From: Candidatus Poribacteria bacterium
Lineage (GTDB): Bacteria > Poribacteria > WGA-4E > PCPOR2b
Reading direction: 5' to 3'
DNA: 64,000 nucleotides
Assembly: GCA_965215015.1 (NCBI GenBank)
Contig: OZ244042.1
Span: 4,448,001 to 4,512,000, forward strand
The notes below the pieces were generated by a model, which did not search any database, had not been told where the DNA came from, and worked only from the letters and a program-made list of their open reading frames with translations. Below, in pieces: positions 59,984-64,000 of this stretch (its first letter is position 1; every line of letters starts with the position of its first letter). The translations under genes were made by a program, and so were the position numbers.

Positions 59984-60109
59984 GTGTTTTTTTTCGCTCC
60001 TTTACACCATATTATTATAGCATGTTTGGGTCTGGCATCTACTTCTAAAAAAATGTCTGGCATTGACACTCCAAATCGTTTATCCTCTTAATAGGAATCG
60101 TTTAAACGA

Positions 60110-60218
60110 TAGAAGTTACGCACTGTAGCCCCCCGATTCATCGGGTGTTGGAAATTGTGTTCTGCGGCGATGAATCATCGAGCTACAGGGTTTTGAGCAT
60201 TCAACTACGTAAATCCTA
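60110..60218 (+). mobile_element. Minimal family A MITE with 6-bp target-site duplication
   Basis: AAACGA|TAGAAGTTACGCA ... TACGTAAATCCTA|AAACGA. Confidence 0.75.
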
Positions 60219-60252
60219 AAACGATTTACAAATTCAAAGGCTGGAGGGAGAA

Positions 60253-61083
60253 ATGTCAGTTCAAAACGATTTGACCGAATACGCGGTCTTGACTCCAGAA
60301 CAACAGGAGTTCGTTGATGCTAATGGATATCTTGTAATCGAAAATGCACTAGAGCCAGATATAGTTGCCGAAATCAACGCAGCGATTGATGAGCTTCATG
60401 AACGCGAGGAAAAGGCTGGGCGTTTGGAAGCCGATGGAAGGCTGAATATGCGTAACTGTATCACTGAGCACGATGCCTTTTTCCAATTACTTGATTGGCC
60501 CAAAACAGCACCGCTCGCTTGGGGCATCCTGAATTGGAATATCCAGATGATTACGTCCCATCTACTTGTGCTTCCATCGAAGGACGAACCGCCACCGAAG
60601 GTCAAGGAGAGAATCGGTTTACACCGCGATGGTGGGACTTCACCGAGTGAGATGCAAGAGCCCCATCCTAGGATTTTGCTCAAGATTGCCTATGCCCTCA
60701 GCGATCAGTCAGATCCGGCTTCAGGCGCGACGGTGCTTGTCCCCGGTAGCAACCGTCTCACCGGCACCCCCCCTGTGGATACGGAAACCGGTAACGCGAG
60801 AGGGGCAATCTCTATGAATGTAAAGGCGGGAGATGCGTTCATCTTTGAGCAGCGGACTTGGCACGGTCCTGGACATAACTGGTCTGGTAAGCCGAGGAAA
60901 ACAATCTTCATGGGCTATGCTTATCGGTGGGTCAAACCGATGGATTATATCGCAATGCCCGACGAACTGATTGCTAAGTGCACAACACCTCTGCAGAAAC
61001 AGCTGCTCGGCGTGGTCAGCGATCCACTGAGTTATTATCTTCCCAAGGATGAGGATGTGCCTTTGAGAACGTTGTTGAGTTGA
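60253..61083 (+). CDS. Phytanoyl-CoA dioxygenase family (Fe/2OG) protein
   Basis: F..NGYL, HRD, G.T.LVPGSN, AGD..IF....WH. Confidence 0.85.
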   Translation: MSVQNDLTEYAVLTPEQQEFVDANGYLVIENALEPDIVAEINAAIDELHEREEKAGRLEADGRLNMRNCITEHDAFFQLLDWPKTAPLAWGILNWNIQMITSHLLVLPSKDEPPPKVKERIGLHRDGGTSPSEMQEPHPRILLKIAYALSDQSDPASGATVLVPGSNRLTGTPPVDTETGNARGAISMNVKAGDAFIFEQRTWHGPGHNWSGKPRKTIFMGYAYRWVKPMDYIAMPDELIAKCTTPLQKQLLGVVSDPLSYYLPKDEDVPLRTLLS

Positions 61084-61130
61084 ACAGGATTTACGGATAA
61101 TCGGAGAAATCTCCAAAATTCCAATCCATT

Positions 61131-63017
61131 TCATACCCGTTTCTGAATGAAATACACGATAGCAAATAATCCGAGTGCAATCACGAAAGTATAGATATTG
61201 TAGATATATGCTAGGAAAGTAGCAACTGCGAGGATAATCCATTCTATCCATGTCGTTTTTCGGAGGAAGTATCCCATCGTAACGATTGAAAAGATGAATG
61301 TGCCCGCCACAGCCGTTACAACAGACAGGACATTTTGTAACAGTGTGCCATCAAGCAGGATGTGGGTATAAGCGAACAGCAGCGGCATAATATACAGGAA
61401 CTTGGCAAATTTGAAACATGCCCAGCCGGTTTTCCACGGATCCGCACGCGCAACCGCAGCCCCGGCGTACGCGCCAAGGGCGACGGGCGGCGTGATATTG
61501 GAATCTTGACTGAGCCAGAAGACAATCAGGTGTGCTGCAATTAGGGAAATTCCCATCTGATCACTTGTGAGGATGGGGACAGCGAGTTCGGAGGTAATCA
61601 GATAGGCAGCAGTAACGGGGATGCCCATCCCCAAAATAAGGGACGCCCCAGCGAGCAATAGGATAGCGATTGCGCGACTGTCCCCAGCGACAGAGAGCAC
61701 GAGGTTAGGAAAGATTCTCCCGAGTCCGGTGAGGTCTATTACGGCAATAATGATTCCGATGCTGCCCACCGCTCCGCCGATGGCAAGAGAGTTCTTCGCA
61801 CCCCCGACCATCGCCTCCCAGAGGCGTTTGGGCGTGAGGCGTGTCTTCGGTCGAAGGTAACTAACGGCGATTGTAGTCAGGATAGCAAAGAACGCCGCTT
61901 GTGATGCGGTGTGCCCCGCGATTAGGACAGCGATTAGTACAACTAACGGAATCAAGCAGTACCATTGGCTTTTGAGAAGGGTGGACAGGTGAGGCAATTC
62001 TACTTTCGGGAGCCTCTCAATGCCCTCCTTTTTTGCCTCAAGGTGCACCATCACCCATACTGAGAAGAAATACAGCAGTGCCGGGATGAGCGATAGCAGC
62101 GCGATATGACTATACGGCAGCTCGGTGCGTTCCGCCATGATAAACGCGCCAGCACCCATCACCGGCGGTAGGAATTGTCCCCCGACCGATGCTGTCGCTT
62201 CAACGGCACCGGCGACGTGGGACCGAAAGCCAGTACGCTTCATCAACGGGATGGTAAACGCGCCGGTTGCGACCGTGTTTGCAATAGCACTCCCGGCAAC
62301 CGAGCCGAAGAATCCGGAAGCGACGACTGCTACTTTCGCGGGCCCGCCCACCAACCGTCCTGCTACCGCCATCGGGAGGTCAATGAAAAACTGTCCCACC
62401 CCTGACTTTTCCAAGAATGCGCCGAAGAAGATAAACAGTACGACATACGTCGCCATGACGTTTGCCATAATGCCGAAGATGCCAGCTTGGCTGAAGAAAC
62501 TGTATTCAAAGATTCGACGTAACGGGAATCCCTTGTGGGCGATAACGGACGGCATCGACTGACCAAACAGGGCGTACAAAATGCCAACTGTAGCGATTAT
62601 GGTCAACGCCCAACCGACTGTCCGCCGACTATATTCAAGGCTCAAGATCACCGCTACCGCTCCAACGCATACATCGAGCTGGCTGTATGCCCCCGCCCGG
62701 CCTGCTAGCGTTTTGTACTCGACAATCCAATATCCAATCACGAAAATAGTCAAGCCGACGAGTATCAGATCTACCATCGCCGGACGAGATTCGGGTGAGC
62801 TCCGCCTGAACTGATAGAACATGCCGGTCAGGATGAATGTAAGGAGCAGGTACAATCCGACGTGATACTGTTCACCTGACGTTCCAAAACCCGCACCGTA
62901 GATGTAAAAGAGTACAAAGCTGACAGCGATAATCTCAAAAATCCAATTCCATACACCTCTCAGATCTCGACCCGGGCGTTCAAATTTTTTCAATGTTCGC
63001 GCTTCTGGATCTGCCAT
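61131..63017 (-). CDS. TRAP transporter 4TM/12TM fusion permease
   Basis: GGPAKVAV, GSAIAN.V.TG.FTIPLM, ASVGGQ.LPPVMGAGAF, ITPPVAL.A. Confidence 0.93.
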   Translation of the reverse strand: MADPEARTLKKFERPGRDLRGVWNWIFEIIAVSFVLFYIYGAGFGTSGEQYHVGLYLLLTFILTGMFYQFRRSSPESRPAMVDLILVGLTIFVIGYWIVEYKTLAGRAGAYSQLDVCVGAVAVILSLEYSRRTVGWALTIIATVGILYALFGQSMPSVIAHKGFPLRRIFEYSFFSQAGIFGIMANVMATYVVLFIFFGAFLEKSGVGQFFIDLPMAVAGRLVGGPAKVAVVASGFFGSVAGSAIANTVATGAFTIPLMKRTGFRSHVAGAVEATASVGGQFLPPVMGAGAFIMAERTELPYSHIALLSLIPALLYFFSVWVMVHLEAKKEGIERLPKVELPHLSTLLKSQWYCLIPLVVLIAVLIAGHTASQAAFFAILTTIAVSYLRPKTRLTPKRLWEAMVGGAKNSLAIGGAVGSIGIIIAVIDLTGLGRIFPNLVLSVAGDSRAIAILLLAGASLILGMGIPVTAAYLITSELAVPILTSDQMGISLIAAHLIVFWLSQDSNITPPVALGAYAGAAVARADPWKTGWACFKFAKFLYIMPLLFAYTHILLDGTLLQNVLSVVTAVAGTFIFSIVTMGYFLRKTTWIEWIILAVATFLAYIYNIYTFVIALGLFAIVYFIQKRV

Positions 63018-63074
63018 CTCCTCCCATGCCTCTCAAGCCGACAGGTGCAAAAATTTGCATTGTATAACGACGAA

Positions 63075-63248
63075 TAGGACTTACGCAGTTGAACGCTCAA
63101 AGCCTCGGAGTTCCGACGTTTTATGGTTGCACACCAACGCCCGATGAATCGAGCAACTACAGTTAGGTCTGTTTGTAGTCGGGCGATTTATCGCCCACCG
63201 GGCCGGGCAATGAACTGCGCGACTAAGCGTTGAAATACACAAGTCCTA
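63075..63248 (-). mobile_element. Family A MITE, inverted, with 6-bp target-site duplication
   Basis: GACGAA|TAGGACTTACGCAGTTGAA ... AAGTCCTA|GACGAA. Confidence 0.8.
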
Positions 63249-63270
63249 GACGAATTTAACTCTACATACT

Positions 63271-64000
63271 TCACGATGTACGACGCTGCAGTTCAGTCTC
63301 AAGTTGGCGAATCCGCTCCTCTGCCTCAATGCGGGCTTGGGCTTCTTCAGTAGCGCGATTCTCTGCCTCAACACGGGCCTCGGCTTCTTCAGTAGCGCGG
63401 TTCTCTGCCTCAATGCGGGCCTCGGCTTCTTCAGCAGCGTGGTTCTCTGCCTCAATGCGGGCTTGGGCTTCTTCAGCAGCACGAGCCGACACCCTTACAT
63501 AGTCTTCTATCAGATTGCCCGTTTCATCATAACAAACGAGATTTTCGTCCTCCAAGTTCAACCAAATATTGACGGGTTCAATCCAAAGCCAGCCATCCGC
63601 ATTGAGACTCAACTCCTCATAGCCAGCCGGTGTGAGTCGGTATCCCACCAACTCTCGCACCATTACCCCCCGTCGCTTAAATCGATCTACGATGATGTAA
63701 TTCGGTACACCGACCCTCGCATAGTGGTCAACCTTCGTGACAACATCAACTGAGCGGGTTGAAGGTGAGACAATCTCGATAATCAGGCTTGGCTTGGTTT
63801 CCTCCTCTCCCTCCGAAAAGGTACTCCAATTGATGTGCCGATGGAGGTCAAAAATCACTGAAATGTCGGGACCATGCGCTCTCAGACCGGGCAGTGCCCA
63901 CGCCACGCGCACATCGTGCAAGACCACAGCATTCGGATCATCTGCAATCCGGGATGACAATACGTTGTAGAGGTAATTACAAAATTGTTCATGTTCTGCA
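63271..64000 (-). CDS. Uma2 family PD-(D/E)xK protein with repetitive coiled-coil tail, 5'-truncated by window edge
   Basis: HGPDISV, P.LIIEIVSPST, D...K...Y...GVP.Y.IVD. Frame is open to the window end. Confidence 0.88.
   Translation of the reverse strand, partial: AEHEQFCNYLYNVLSSRIADDPNAVVLHDVRVAWALPGLRAHGPDISVIFDLHRHINWSTFSEGEEETKPSLIIEIVSPSTRSVDVVTKVDHYARVGVPNYIIVDRFKRRGVMVRELVGYRLTPAGYEELSLNADGWLWIEPVNIWLNLEDENLVCYDETGNLIEDYVRVSARAAEEAQARIEAENHAAEEAEARIEAENRATEEAEARVEAENRATEEAQARIEAEERIRQLETELQRRTS
63319..63480. repeat. 42-nt coding tandem repeat, about 4 copies
   Basis: CTCTGCCTCAA recurs at 63319, 63361, 63403 and 63445, encoding A(A/T)EEA(Q/E)AR(I/V)EAEN(R/H). Confidence 0.9.

Noticed and set aside
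63319-63480. 42-nt periodic repeat as a CRISPR array
   Set aside because: It is a contiguous in-frame coding repeat with no spacers.
1-64000. tRNA, rRNA, integrase or autonomous transposase genes
   Set aside because: None recognised anywhere in the window.

Overview
A 64-kb bacterial window. Its gene repertoire (five Gfo/Idh/MocA oxidoreductases, two phytanoyl-CoA-dioxygenase-family genes, SDR/AKR/Zn dehydrogenases, TIM-barrel isomerases, Uma2) suggests a catabolically expanded heterotroph such as Candidatus Poribacteria; this is inference only. The background holds mutS, hinT, bioB, ggt, a MATE pump, an nfeD-nfeD-floA-floA-yqfB-like operon, caiC, a stand-alone NuoE-NuoF fusion and a TRAP 4TM/12TM permease. 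The main feature is an AT-richer, co-directional 12-gene block (34136-53728). It combines a ZorA/ZorB-like (MotA/MotB-family) ion-motor pair, a Zn-ribbon/beta-propeller protein, a membrane vWA protein, a tubulin/FtsZ-like GTPase-domain protein, an Ig-fused Hsp70, a degenerate Hsp70, two duplicated GrpE-like proteins, a membrane transglutaminase-like protein and a multi-Ig/CBM48-like protein. No nuclease or helicase effector is recognisable, and this is the candidate undescribed system. Intergenic DNA carries two families of TAGG...CCTA-bounded MITE-like elements built from REP-like hairpin modules. There is also a promoter- and terminator-bounded candidate sRNA upstream of bioB. All calls come from reading motifs by eye; no searches were run.
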